Positions 30,031 through 41,002 of a stretch of 64,000 bases of DNA are shown in pieces. The stretch is from contig CAWJWJ010000002.1 in the NCBI GenBank assembly GCA_963846575.1, forward strand, positions 2,016,001 to 2,080,000, read 5' to 3'. The stretch comes from an uncultured Nitrospiraceae bacterium (lineage in GTDB: Bacteria > Nitrospirota > Nitrospiria > Nitrospirales > Nitrospiraceae). A model generated the notes under the pieces. That model saw only the letters and a list, made by a program, of their open reading frames with translations. It had not been told where the DNA came from and searched no databases. Positions within the stretch are counted from its first letter, which is position 1. Every line of letters begins with the position of its first letter. The position numbers and the translations under genes were made by a program.

Positions 30031-30345
30031 GATCAATCCGTGAGGTTTGATCTGCTTTCCGTAAGGCCCCGATGCCATAGCCTGTTCATCACTCGACGGT
30101 ATCAGAAATACTGTGGTGCGGCCAGAGTTCCCTGGCGGGCGTCGATGCATGGTTGACCGGAATCAAGTTGAACGGAGCCCCTGGCTCCGATCCGGGAATA
30201 CTGGGGGCATTCCGAGTAGCTGCCGGTCAACCCATCGCTTATGATAGAAAGGAAATCAGGATCGACTCTTCATTCAGCATTCTTCTCCGGTCTTGTGAGG
30301 GTGATCGAAACCGTCGGAGAAGATCGTTCGAGGGAGGCTGACCAC

Positions 30346-30660
30346 ATGCAGATTCAGGTCAACACAGACAACAACATCGTAGGGCGGGAGGATGTCGTCC
30401 GGCTCGTCACCACCTCCATCGAGGGTGCGATAGGCCGTTTTACCGACCGGATCACCCGCATAGAGGCGCACCTGAGTGACACGAACAGTCACAAATCCAA
30501 AGGTGAAGACAAACGCTGCGTCCTTGAAGCGAGGCTGGCCGGTCTCCAACCCATCGCGGTGAGCCATGAAGCGGCAACGATTGAACTGGCGGTGAATGCA
30601 GCTGCGGACAAACTGGAGCGGTCAATCGAAAGCAGTGTCGGACGGATTCAGGACCGATAA
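30346..30660 (+). CDS. HPF/RaiA-like ribosome-associated protein
   Basis: MQIQVNTD, RITRIEAHLSD.N..K..DKRCVLEARLAG.QPIAV; GGGAGG RBS. Confidence 0.85.
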   Translation: MQIQVNTDNNIVGREDVVRLVTTSIEGAIGRFTDRITRIEAHLSDTNSHKSKGEDKRCVLEARLAGLQPIAVSHEAATIELAVNAAADKLERSIESSVGRIQDR

Positions 30661-31048
30661 GGGTTTGCGGCTGCCAGGACGGCCTGAGCTGCGACTCTGA
30701 ATTGACGGCTCGGCGATCGCCTGGCGCAGGCTTTACGGCCTGGACAGTCCACACACCACCGCCTTCTCGGCGGTCTTGAGAGCCAGCTACGCGCGCAGCC
30801 GACTGCCCGAGCGGCACCTACCCCTGGCGCGATGTGCCAGAGATCGCTTAATTTTCGTCATGCCGCCTTGAAGTCTGAGCGGTGCGTGCGTCGGGTTGGA
30901 TGCATAGGCCGGACAGGTTGACTCGAACCCTCAGAAGTCTCGCGGCCCTTGCCAGGGTGGCCGGCAGGCGTCCGGAAAACATGTCGCGGCGGACCCTATC
31001 TCTGCCCTGCCACACCCCGCACAAATCCGGACATCGCCTTCCACCGCT

Positions 31049-33484
31049 TCATGCACCCTGGTCCGTAACGACCGTCGACACCTGGTTCCCCGGGCCAACA
31101 AGGCCCTGGTACCCCGATCTTTTCAGCACAGATTGAATCGCTTGATACAGTTCATCCACCGCGGCTTCCTTGGTCAGGAGCAGTGCGGCGCCGGCTTTCT
31201 GCATCGCCTCCTGGTTGTCGGTCTCAGTGTTCACCGACAACCCAATGATCGTGATGCCGGGAAAGTCTGCTTTGATACGAGCTGTGGCTTCGATCCCGTT
31301 GAGTCTCGGCATATTGATATCCATGATGACCACCGGCGGTTGCAGAGTGTGCACGAGCGAAATCGCTTCTTCGCCGTCAGCAGCCTCTCCCATTAACAGT
31401 ATGTCGGGATAGTTGGCCAAGACAGCGCGGAGCCCTTCACGGATCATGGCGTGATCATCAACCAGGATTACCCCGATCATGCCCATTTTGTGCGTGGGCC
31501 GGTTCGATTCGTTTGAGGCCTCGATCGGAGAAAGTGACGGCGCAGACTTGGGCGGCCCCTGATCCACCAATGGGAGCTGCAGCAGACAGGTCGTCCCCAG
31601 GCCAGGAGCCGTGACGATATCCAGCGTGCCTCCGAGTGACTTCATACGCTCGCGAATGCTGAACAATCCGAATTTTGACGACTGTCCCGGAGTATTCTGG
31701 ACGGCGGCCTCCCAATCGAACCCCGCACCTTCGTCTCTTACCGAGAGGCACAGCCCGACATCGCGCTGGGTGACCTCCACCCACGCTCGGTTACACTTGG
31801 CATGCTTGGCCGCGTTGATGAGCAACTCCCGGACGGATTGGAAGAGGAGCACTGCCTGAGCCTCCGGCAGGACGATGGTCTCATGCTCAGACTCCACGGT
31901 CACCCGTAATTCATGACGTTGCATCCATTCGGCCAACCACTTGAGCCCCGCCACGAGTCCATGTTCCCGCAGCACCGGGGGACTGAGTTCAGCCACGAGA
32001 GACCGGGTGTAACTCATAGCTTCACTCAGGACATCATCAGTCTGCTGTAGAATGTCCATGACCGGAGGAATGGGCTTTGCCAAGCGTTTGCCCTGTCCCA
32101 GTTTCAATTTGCTCAACACCAGCAACTGTTGCAGATGATCGTGCAGTTCCGTGGCCAGCCGCTTGCGCTCGCGCTGTTCTGCCAGGTTCAATTCGGACGC
32201 GAGTTCCCGCAACCGCGTTTGAGATTGCATTAACTCCCCGGTCCGTTCTTCCACCAACTGTTCCAGCTTGTCCGATAAGGCTTCCAGCCTCCGCTGGCTG
32301 TTCCGGAGCGCTTCTTCCCCTCTTGAACGTTCGATGGCCAGCGCTGCGGTACGGGCAAGAATCTCCACAGCCTGCCGTTCGACTGGAGTTGGTCCCCGTC
32401 TCTCTCGAAAATACGTCCCGAACGTCCCTAGTACATGTCCATCACTGGCGATAAGGGGCTGGCTCCATGCTGCCCGGTACCCGAGAGTCAAGGGTAGGTG
32501 TTTGATAGAGGCCCAATCGGGATCCGTTTCAATGTCGGGAGTAATCACCACCTCGCCAGTGGCAGCCGCTGCACAACAGGTGCCCAGGTGGATGCAAGGC
32601 CTGAGGCCATCAATGGCCTGGAGGTAATGGTCCGGCAGACTGGGAGAGGCTCCGTTCCTGAGATTGCCCTCTTCGTCAAGTAACAGGATGGAAGCAATCG
32701 CTTGTTTGTCCGCTCGCTTTTCGACGACGAGCGCCAGGTAGGTCAGTACGGACGACAGCGGCGAACCGGTGACGATCATCTCGAGGGAACGGTTCTGCGA
32801 GCTGATCAGGATCTCGGCCTGCTGGCGGTCGGTAATATCGGTGACCAATGCAATGACATGCGTCGGCGCATGGTGCCTGTCCCTCAGGAGGGACATAAAT
32901 TTTCGGACCCATACGGACCGGCCATCTTTGAGCACGTACCGAATCTCCAGCTCGCGAAACGGCGCTTTCTCTTCGCGAAGCTCTTGGATGGCGAGAAGAT
33001 TGGCCCCCCGATCGTCAGGATGGATGAGCGAGCCGAAGTCGAGATGGCACAGTTCTTCTTCCGTATACCCCACGATGCGGCAATAGGCAGGATTGCACTG
33101 TTGAAAACGTCCCTCCCGATCGGTAATGGCAATGCCGGTCGCGGCGTGCTCGTAGATCTTGCGAAACCGCTCTTCGCTCACTCTTACCCCGTGCTCAGGC
33201 TGGCTCTGGTCGGTGAGCTCGTGGCTCAGCGCAAAGATGCGCTGCCACTGCCCGTCGGCGGGTGTGATTGCGGTCATGTACTGATTGGTGAGTTCGTCAC
33301 GGAACGACACTGTAGGGACCGACTGCTGCCGTTGGCTTGCATCCCGCTCCAATTCAGCAGCTCCATTAGTACCATCCGGGGTATCGGTGGCGGTGGAGAA
33401 TCCCTTTTCACTTCTGGCGTCCATGCCGTCTTCGTGGCGTCTGATGGTCTTATCAGTACGCAACGGGTCCCCCGTAAATGTCAT
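31049..33484 (-). CDS. Hybrid sensor histidine kinase PAS-GAF-HisKA_3-HATPase-REC
   Basis: PAS (HPDD, DITDR), GAF, ERKRLATELHD, ELLINAAKHA, DEGAGF, FGLFSIRER, REC (LVDDH, MDINMP). Confidence 0.93.
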   Translation of the reverse strand: MTFTGDPLRTDKTIRRHEDGMDARSEKGFSTATDTPDGTNGAAELERDASQRQQSVPTVSFRDELTNQYMTAITPADGQWQRIFALSHELTDQSQPEHGVRVSEERFRKIYEHAATGIAITDREGRFQQCNPAYCRIVGYTEEELCHLDFGSLIHPDDRGANLLAIQELREEKAPFRELEIRYVLKDGRSVWVRKFMSLLRDRHHAPTHVIALVTDITDRQQAEILISSQNRSLEMIVTGSPLSSVLTYLALVVEKRADKQAIASILLLDEEGNLRNGASPSLPDHYLQAIDGLRPCIHLGTCCAAAATGEVVITPDIETDPDWASIKHLPLTLGYRAAWSQPLIASDGHVLGTFGTYFRERRGPTPVERQAVEILARTAALAIERSRGEEALRNSQRRLEALSDKLEQLVEERTGELMQSQTRLRELASELNLAEQRERKRLATELHDHLQQLLVLSKLKLGQGKRLAKPIPPVMDILQQTDDVLSEAMSYTRSLVAELSPPVLREHGLVAGLKWLAEWMQRHELRVTVESEHETIVLPEAQAVLLFQSVRELLINAAKHAKCNRAWVEVTQRDVGLCLSVRDEGAGFDWEAAVQNTPGQSSKFGLFSIRERMKSLGGTLDIVTAPGLGTTCLLQLPLVDQGPPKSAPSLSPIEASNESNRPTHKMGMIGVILVDDHAMIREGLRAVLANYPDILLMGEAADGEEAISLVHTLQPPVVIMDINMPRLNGIEATARIKADFPGITIIGLSVNTETDNQEAMQKAGAALLLTKEAAVDELYQAIQSVLKRSGYQGLVGPGNQVSTVVTDQGA

Positions 33485-34107
33485 GGTTCGTTACCGGATG
33501 CGGCTTATGCCGGGGCAACCGCTTCGGAAGAGACAGAGGCACGACTCTCATAACCGGCGGCCGGCCTCCCCACGGGCGGGAAAGGGCATCCTGCGTGGAA
33601 CGATCGCCCCTCGCGAGATATGGACCTGAGGCACACTTGCCTGTCGTCACATTCTGCATCATATCCGCCTGAGAGCCACAGCTGCTTTGGTGCAACGATT
33701 GGGGCGATTGAAAGGCATGGTATCAGCGCGTAAGTTCGCAGTGCTCTAGGGGAATCCCTAGTGGCCCAGCTATAGAGTCGATGGTTCCGGATGGCGGACA
33801 CAACCGATCAATATGTGGTGGAATCACCCGGCAGACTGCTTTCTTGCGATTGAACGAGCATTCCTGTGCCATAACCGCCAGCTCCACGCTCGAAGTGTCC
33901 ACGATCCTGCCTCTACATTCCCATGGACGCGGTCACCGCGCCTTGTCTCCCGCTAGCCGAAACCAATAGAGATAAATGGACAGAAGGAATGTCCGGGTTG
34001 CCGTGCTGTGCAGGATGAAAAATGTCCGACCGAATGTCACGGGTCACGCGGTAGGGTCCACCATGTGGCAGGCCCTTCTCTTTCGTTCTCGGCTGGCCAG
34101 CAGGCCA

Positions 34108-34368
34108 CTATGTCTTCTTTGACCGAGACGAGCGCTCGTCAGATGAGCGCCGGCTTGCGCCGATTCTGGTAAAGGCTGAGCCTTTGTGCATGGCAAGGTG
34201 CCCCGTCGCATCACTCTTCACCAGATATTGTGGCGCTTCTTTCGAGGCACGGGCTATGTAGGTCTTGAACTTAGTCGGAGCCGTAATCTTTTTTTGTATC
34301 GTCCCGCGAACTCTGCCCGCTTCCGAATTCCAACTCACGTGGTCGCCGACATCAAATTGTCGTTTCAT
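34108..34368 (-). CDS. DUF2945/HVA1 Tudor-like small protein
   Basis: GDHVSWNSEAG.V.G, ASKEAPQYLVKSD.TGHLAMHK.SA. Confidence 0.85.
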   Translation of the reverse strand: MKRQFDVGDHVSWNSEAGRVRGTIQKKITAPTKFKTYIARASKEAPQYLVKSDATGHLAMHKGSAFTRIGASRRSSDERSSRSKKT

Positions 34369-34507
34369 CGCGGCCCTTTCAGTGTGGGTATTCTATATTC
34401 TCCATTCCATTCGTACCGACATGAACTAGGAGAGTTACTAGGATTTCGAACGCTTCAGCCCAGGCTATGATGCACCGGTCGTGAGCGGGGCGCTGCGAGG
34501 TCTATAG

Positions 34508-35026
34508 ATGGATATCGTTTCCCACGGACTGTGGGGCGCGCTCGCCTTCGGCCGGAAAGGTCGAGGGAGTTTTTGGCTTGCCTTCGTGATTGGTCTGGCA
34601 CCCGATCTGTTTTCGTTTGGGATACTCTGGGTGGCCGCCACGCTCGGACTGGCGGCACGTCCAGATTTCAGTCATGGCACGCCACCGGAATCCAGCATTC
34701 CTCTGTATGTCCATCACCTCTACGATGTTACCCACAGCCTTGTCGTTTTCCTGTGCGTGTTTGCTCTCGTTGGAATGGTATTGAAACGCCCACTCTGGGA
34801 GCTCGGGTCATGGGGGCTGCATGTGCTGGTCGACATTCCGACCCACTCGTTTGCGTTCTTTCCCACGCCCTTCATGTGGCCCCTCTCCGATTGGAAGTTT
34901 GACGGCTGGCAATGGATGACCCCCACCATCCTGATTCCCAACTTCGTGATGCTCTCTCTCCTGTATGCGTGGTTTTTATCGCAGTGGTACTGGAGGCCTC
35001 GTAGGAAGGGGTCTGTTCAGGCCTGA
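34508..35026 (+). CDS. Membrane-bound metal-dependent hydrolase-like protein (YdjM-like)
   Basis: SHGLWG, APD, THS, LHVLVDIPTH, WPLS motifs among TM segments. Confidence 0.8.
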   Translation: MDIVSHGLWGALAFGRKGRGSFWLAFVIGLAPDLFSFGILWVAATLGLAARPDFSHGTPPESSIPLYVHHLYDVTHSLVVFLCVFALVGMVLKRPLWELGSWGLHVLVDIPTHSFAFFPTPFMWPLSDWKFDGWQWMTPTILIPNFVMLSLLYAWFLSQWYWRPRRKGSVQA

Positions 35027-35275
35027 CGATTGGAGAGACAGAGAGCGGTCAGTCATCTGATTTCCATTTTGCGTTTCCAAAGATGGCGATGCGAACTGAG
35101 AGCACACTGATACCGGAAAGTCTCCGGGAGCGTACCGACTGTCCTTCGGTATTCTTCGCGAACGGGTGATTCATCGTGATTCAATCTACGATGGCATTCA
35201 TATCTCTACCAGCCTAAGGCCGAGGGCGACTGCAGAGGATTGACGATGACGGGACAGGCCCCACTAGGCCTACTT

Positions 35276-35554
35276 CTACCGCCGCCCGGATTTACGCACC
35301 AGTTCCTTTTTGCCGCGTGGAAGCCGGTACTCCATTTGGAGCCGGCAGAACAGTTCGGCACCTTTCAGTCGCTGGAAATCATCCGGCAGGGGGACTTCCG
35401 TCATGGTCTGGCCCTTCATCGGAGTCATCTGAACATGCACCCCCTTCCCCTTGCGATCTTTGGTGGAAGCGAGAATCCCCCCTCCCATGATGGCGCCCTT
35501 CTTATCCGTCAAGATATGTATGGTCTGTTTCGCCTTCACCGTGACCTCCTTCAA
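35276..35554 (-). CDS. Small basic hypothetical protein (true start probably GTG 35542)
   Basis: AAGGAGGT RBS before GTG KAKQ; immediately follows 35559-35861. Confidence 0.65.
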   Translation of the reverse strand: MKEVTVKAKQTIHILTDKKGAIMGGGILASTKDRKGKGVHVQMTPMKGQTMTEVPLPDDFQRLKGAELFCRLQMEYRLPRGKKELVRKSGRR

Positions 35555-35558
35555 TCCC

Positions 35559-35861
35559 TTAGACGTTCCCCCCGCCTTGAAGCGAAAAGTGGGCGAGTTC
35601 CTCTCCCATATTCGTCACCGTCACCGAATAGACGATCGGGCTCGGTGAACCGGGGTGGCGGCGAATGGGCTTTTTCTCTTTCGTGTGCTCGCTCACCATG
35701 AGCCTGACCGGATTGATACCAATTCCGTCGGCCATGATCCACTGTGCGCCGAAATCCTCCCCTCCCCATTCTGTCTCGTTGATCAGCTTTCCCCGGGCGA
35801 CATGGATGCGGACAGAATGACCCGGAGCCAGCCAGAAGTCTCCAAGCTGATTAAATGCCAT
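35559..35861 (-). CDS. Small beta-rich hypothetical protein
   Basis: GAGGAGGT RBS; GAQWIMA, YSVTVTN, FSLQGGG. Confidence 0.7.
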   Translation of the reverse strand: MAFNQLGDFWLAPGHSVRIHVARGKLINETEWGGEDFGAQWIMADGIGINPVRLMVSEHTKEKKPIRRHPGSPSPIVYSVTVTNMGEELAHFSLQGGGNV

Positions 35862-36142
35862 TCACTACCTCCTCATAAAGGTTGCCGCGCATTGTACCTA
35901 ACCTGCACTCGCGATGAAATCCTGTACCGCCTGTGAGGCAAACGGCGAGCCCCATGCGGCACTGTTGAGTCGGATCACAGGTCCGGACGAGTTGTACGCG
36001 TTGCAAGTGCCCCCTCGTGCGTTCAAGACATGCCCCTGATCAGGAGATGAATCCGCAGTCGCATGATATCGTCGTGCTCTTACTCAGGGGGAACTGACCA
36101 CGTGGGGAAATACAATCCGGAAGTCGAGTTATACCAGGGCGG

Positions 36143-36185
36143 GGGATCAAGGACATCACTTTCGAGTATCGACATCCTTGATCCC
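36143..36185. terminator. Inverted repeat downstream of the cytochrome gene
   Basis: GGGATCAAGGA...TCCTTGATCCC 11-bp perfect arms. Confidence 0.45.
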
Positions 36186-36215
36186 GGTATCAGAGAGACC
36201 AACCTACCCGTTCAA

Positions 36216-36977
36216 TTACTTGGCCTGGAGCTTCACACTGATCGCTCCACCGAGATCCCCTTCCTTGGCCCCTTCTTTCTTATAGCCAGAAACATCCATT
36301 TCCCCCTTCGGGACCCCGTGACAGCCCAAGCAGCCCTTTCCATAATAAAGCGGCAACAGAACCCGCACGGCTTTCCCGCCTTCGACCGTCTCGCTCATCG
36401 CCTTGTCACCCTGGCGGGGATAAGAGGCATCAGCGAGTTTTGCAAGTAGACCGGATTCAAACGCGTCCGCCTTATTCTTGGGGTTGCGCAAGAGTGCATC
36501 CTGCGTCGTCTGCTTCAGATAGATCCCCGTCTTGCTGCTGAACTCCGCGGCTGCTTGCGTGCCGAAGTGGGCCGGCGTGAAACCCTTGTATGCAATGCCT
36601 GACTGGTTGATTTTCGCCTGATTGGCGGCGATTGTTTTCTTGGAGGCAGCCACAAGTTCCGGCAACAGGCCCTTGGCAGTTTCCGGGATAGTCGCCGCCT
36701 TGACGTTCGCCAGGTCGACGCCAGCCCGTGCTTTGAATTTTTCGATCAACTCTTTTTCAAACACGTCTGCGGTAAACCCCTTGTCCCCCTTACTGGCATC
36801 GTTAATGAGCGGCTGATTGGCCGCCACGGTTCCTCGACCAGCATCCAACAAGATCGCCAATAGCCGGCCACTCTCAACCAGCTCCGAATTGGCCGATGCA
36901 GGAATCGGAGCAAGGCCAATTCCTATGGTTAACAACGCCACTGCGAACAGACCTAGCTTCTGTAGCGAGACGTTCAT
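36216..36977 (-). CDS. Periplasmic monoheme c-type cytochrome, DUF3365/Tll0287-like
   Basis: Signal peptide; LRNPKNKADAFE, CLGCH, G.KEGDLGGAISV; GGGAGG RBS. Confidence 0.85.
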   Translation of the reverse strand: MNVSLQKLGLFAVALLTIGIGLAPIPASANSELVESGRLLAILLDAGRGTVAANQPLINDASKGDKGFTADVFEKELIEKFKARAGVDLANVKAATIPETAKGLLPELVAASKKTIAANQAKINQSGIAYKGFTPAHFGTQAAAEFSSKTGIYLKQTTQDALLRNPKNKADAFESGLLAKLADASYPRQGDKAMSETVEGGKAVRVLLPLYYGKGCLGCHGVPKGEMDVSGYKKEGAKEGDLGGAISVKLQAK

Positions 36978-37808
36978 ACAACCTCCCTGTTGTGAGACCC
37001 ACAAGGCTCCAGACCAGAAGCAGATTCCTCTGGAGAAGCCGCCCACGGCGGCAGTATGGACCCTGCTCGCCACACACGCCAGTTATTATTCGCTTCTCCT
37101 CTCACATGCCCCACCATGTTTCCCTTGCAGGCCATCTATGAAGTCCTACTCAACACCTTTGCCTTTCCTCCCGGTAGTTGAATTGGCTCGTCTTCAAATG
37201 CCCGCGACTGACCCGGTCGTCCAGACCCATGACTCAACAGGGTTGCTCTAGGTCTTTATCGACAACGATGATTCTCAAGACGTCGATCAGTTGACGGTCA
37301 CGACAACCCGTTCTGATCCAACGGTGAATATTCCGCTCGCGATCGCCGACGTCGAAGCATTGGTTCCGGCAGATTTCGTCTGGAGGTGCATGCCCGACAC
37401 AAGACGACGCCGGTCTATACGGCTGGTGATATCTTTCCGATTTCTTGCCGGAGAAGCTCTCCACCAATCCGACTTCTCTGGACGAAGAACAAGACCGACT
37501 CGCGCTCGTCGTGGATTGCGTTGTCCCGGAGGATGGATTCGTTCCGAACTTCCCCCTATCGAGGGCTGATCCGTAACCGCGCGAAGCTGGCTTGCAACCG
37601 CATCGCTGCATGGCTCATTGGAATGGAACCTTCTCCGGGTCGAGTCATCGCATAGCGGGCCTCGAAGAGCAGCGCGGCCTGCAGGATCAGGTCGCGTGGT
37701 GCTTTAAAGCCCGGCGGCACGAGTCCTTCCCGCCCGGCATATTCTTTCATCCCTCGGGATGGTGATGCTCTGGAATCCGCCACCTCGACGTTGTACTATA
37801 CATTCCTG

Positions 37809-38048
37809 ATGGCCGACTCTTCCGACCCTTCTCTCAGCGATTCACTTACAAGTGCCCGCCGCACCAGTTTCTATGAACGCCACAAGCCTCTCGCCGTAGG
37901 GATGATTGTGGCGGTATTTTTTCTTCCGTTTGTCGGCCTCGTCGCCGGCGGATTGCTTGGAGTAGTAGCGGGGGTAATCATTTCGGTGTTGGCCTACTAC
38001 CTCACCCCTTTCGTGGTGCTGAAATTCATGGGTAGGACCCGACCCTAA
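37809..38048 (+). CDS. Small two-TM hypothetical membrane protein
   Basis: Long hydrophobic stretch, basic C-terminus. Confidence 0.55.
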   Translation: MADSSDPSLSDSLTSARRTSFYERHKPLAVGMIVAVFFLPFVGLVAGGLLGVVAGVIISVLAYYLTPFVVLKFMGRTRP

Positions 38049-38272
38049 TCGTGCTACCCGCTTCATGACATATCCCACTTCGGGTGAATATTCTCCAGGC
38101 AGTACTCCTGTCTACATGCCCAGCGCTCCCTGACCGGCATCGGTTTCGAAGCCTTCTGTTCGTCCCTGGGTGGGACCAGTGATGCTGTTCCTTGACTGTG
38201 TAGGTACTGGCTCGTATGCTGAAGGAGTAGCCTTCGTCTCCCTAAACTCTTGTTGATGGGAGTCGCCTTTCG

Positions 38273-39604
38273 ATGATACGCCCGTCTTGCCCCTCCCCAC
38301 GACCCGTCGTTCCTTACCTCACTGCACTGACTCTGTTCCTCGTCACACTCATTGCAGGATCGGTTGGCGCGCAACGTGAATCCGTGATGGTGCTCGCAAC
38401 CTATGACGGGGTCATTACGCCCGTTGCGGCTGAATATTTTCACGATGCGCTCCAATCGGCACAGGACAGCGGGGCACAGGCCTTAATCCTCCGCCTGAAT
38501 ACGCCGGGTGGGTTAGACACCTCGATGCGCCTCATCATCAAAGACATCACCGCCTCCACCATTCCCGTGATCGTCTACGTGGCACCCTCCAGCGGACGAG
38601 CCGCTTCCGCCGGGGTATTCATTACCATGGCGGCTCATGTGGCGGCGATGGCGCCCGGCACAAACATCGGCGCGGCGCACCCGGTGAGCATGGGCGGCAA
38701 GGAGATGGATGAGACGATGAAGGAGAAGGTGGAAAACGATTCCGTTGCCTACATCAAAACGATCGCCGAGCAACGGGGTCGAAACGCGGCTTGGGCGGAA
38801 GATGCCGTACGCAAGAGTCTCTCCGTGACGGAGCGGGAGGCGCTCAAACTGAAAATCGTGGATCTGATCGCCGAGGACCTTCCTGCATTGCTGAAGCAAC
38901 TGGACGGCCGCTCGATCGCGCTTCCGACCGGACCGAAAATACTGCACTCGGAAGGCACGGCGTTGCGCGAATTCCCCATGGGGCTTCGCCTCGAATTTCT
39001 GAAAACGCTCAGTGATCCCAACATCGCCTACCTGCTCATGACCCTCGGCACGGTCGGAGTCATTGCCGAATTGTATAATCCAGGCGCAATTCTTCCCGGC
39101 GTCGTCGGTGCCATCAGCCTGGTGCTGGCATTTTATTCCTTGCAGTCCTTGCCGGTGAACTATGCAGGGGTGTTGCTATTCCTGCTCGGAATTATTTTTC
39201 TCATTCTGGAAGCCACTGTGACGAGCTTCGGCTTGCTGGCGCTTGGCGGAATTATCTCCATGCTTCTAGGATCGGTCATGCTGATCAAGACCGACGTGGA
39301 ATTCCTTCGAATTTCCTGGGGAGTCATTCTCCCGGTCGTCGCCCTGGTCGCCACCTTCTCCTTTTTTCTGGTTGGCATGGGTGTCAGGGCAATGCGTCGG
39401 CCCACGGCCACCGGCCGCGAGGAGATGATCGGATTGGTGGGAATCGTCACAACGGCGCTCACGCCGCAGGGGCAGGTCGCTGTGCACGGTGAACTTTGGC
39501 AGGCCGTCAGCGAGGTGCCGCTTCAACCCGGCGACGAAGCTGAAGTCGTTCGCCTGGATGGCTTACGCTTATTCGTCAAACCCGTTTCGAAGAAGGGGGT
39601 CTGA
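38273..39604 (+). CDS. nfeD: NfeD family membrane-bound serine protease (long form)
   Basis: [33 protein letters not shown] bundle, HGELWQA OB-fold. Confidence 0.93.
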   Translation: MIRPSCPSPRPVVPYLTALTLFLVTLIAGSVGAQRESVMVLATYDGVITPVAAEYFHDALQSAQDSGAQALILRLNTPGGLDTSMRLIIKDITASTIPVIVYVAPSSGRAASAGVFITMAAHVAAMAPGTNIGAAHPVSMGGKEMDETMKEKVENDSVAYIKTIAEQRGRNAAWAEDAVRKSLSVTEREALKLKIVDLIAEDLPALLKQLDGRSIALPTGPKILHSEGTALREFPMGLRLEFLKTLSDPNIAYLLMTLGTVGVIAELYNPGAILPGVVGAISLVLAFYSLQSLPVNYAGVLLFLLGIIFLILEATVTSFGLLALGGIISMLLGSVMLIKTDVEFLRISWGVILPVVALVATFSFFLVGMGVRAMRRPTATGREEMIGLVGIVTTALTPQGQVAVHGELWQAVSEVPLQPGDEAEVVRLDGLRLFVKPVSKKGV

Positions 39605-39605
39605 T

Positions 39606-40385
39606 ATGGGTCCGCTCGTGAGTCCTTTTGCGCTCCTGTTCTTGGTGCTGGTCCTCATCTTGATGGGATTCAATGTGCTCCGGGAATACGAGCGTGGCGT
39701 CATCTTTCGGTGGGGACGGCTGGCGAAGGGACTCGTGGGAGGCAATGGCCCAGGCGTCGTGATCATTATTCCCTTCATCGACAAGATGGTGCGCGTAAGT
39801 ATGCGGACTGTGACGATGGACGTGCCGCCACAGGACGTCATCACGAGGGACAACGTCACCGTGAAGGTCAACGCGGTCATCTACTTCCGGGTGGTGGATC
39901 AGGAACGCGCGATCATTCAGGTTGAGGACTTCCTCTATGCCACGTCCATGATGTCGCAGACGACCCTGCGCAGCGTGCTGGGACAGAGCCAACTGGACGA
40001 CCTGCTGTCAAAACGCGAACAAATCAATGCGGATCTCCAACGGATCATCGATCAACAGACAGAGCCGTGGGGCATCAAGGTCACCGCAGTCGAAGTAAAA
40101 AATGTGGACCTCCCGCAGGAAATGCAGCGGGCGATCGCGCGACAGGCGGAAGCGGAGCGCGAACGGCGAGCCAAGGTCATCCATGCGGAAGGAGAATTCG
40201 AGGCCTCACAACGCCTGGCTGACGCCGCCGATGTGATCAGCCGCAACCCGGCTGCCTTGCAACTCCGTTACCTTCAAACCCTGGTCGAAATTGCTGCCGA
40301 GAAAAATTCGACTACCATTTTCCCCATCCCGATCGATACGATCGCCCCCTTCCTGAAGAATTGGGGCAAACAGACTGCGCCTTAA
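39606..40385 (+). CDS. SPFH/stomatin-like (slipin) protein
   Basis: [54 protein letters not shown]. Confidence 0.95.
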   Translation: MGPLVSPFALLFLVLVLILMGFNVLREYERGVIFRWGRLAKGLVGGNGPGVVIIIPFIDKMVRVSMRTVTMDVPPQDVITRDNVTVKVNAVIYFRVVDQERAIIQVEDFLYATSMMSQTTLRSVLGQSQLDDLLSKREQINADLQRIIDQQTEPWGIKVTAVEVKNVDLPQEMQRAIARQAEAERERRAKVIHAEGEFEASQRLADAADVISRNPAALQLRYLQTLVEIAAEKNSTTIFPIPIDTIAPFLKNWGKQTAP

Positions 40386-41002
40386 CGACAGGCGGCAGGC
40401 GCCTCATACAGTCTGGTCATGCACTCCATCACGGCGCGCGCCTCCCCGGCTTGTTTCTCTCACGGCAGAGGATGACTCGCGCCGATGGCACGAGAGCATT
40501 TCATGAGTAGAGTGCGGTCTGCACAAATACCTCGCACATAGGCATTCCCGAGAATTAATTGAGGCGTAGGCACAGAGTCTTCACGCGAGGCCCCGTGGAA
40601 GCAGATGTCCACCATAAGGCCATTCAAGGCTGTAGGTGTATGGTGAGGATTCAGCAGTACTCTGTAATCTGCTCAGGCTGGTTCTTGCCCGGAGCAAAGG
40701 GTTTGCATGCATGATTGTGTCTGGACTGCCGGGCCTCCTGTCGCGCGAATCATCACGCTATGATCACCGTAGGCGCAGTCTCACAGGCGAACTACCCGGA
40801 CGCCGATAGCGCAGATTCTGCCGGCTCACTAGGATGGCCACCCATTACAGCCGCTTGTTGGTCTAGTCTGCTGTGTCACATGGAGGACGCCGCTCGCTGT
40901 TGCGAGCGGGAGTTCGATTCATTCGGCTCACTTGCATGGATCCCCTTCCGCCGTTAGTTCTTGCTAGAGGGATAGGGCGGAGATCAATCCGGCGCTGCTG
41001 GC

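Noticed and set aside
33855..33875. Possible sigma54 promoter TGGCACAGGAATGCT on the minus strand
   Set aside because: GG-to-GC spacing is 9 nt rather than the required 10
37100..37790. Several overlapping short ORFs
   Set aside because: No RBS, motif or consistent frame; treated as non-coding or decayed sequence
40386..41000. 600-nt gap with short ORFs and a small hairpin
   Set aside because: No recognisable RNA family or coding signal
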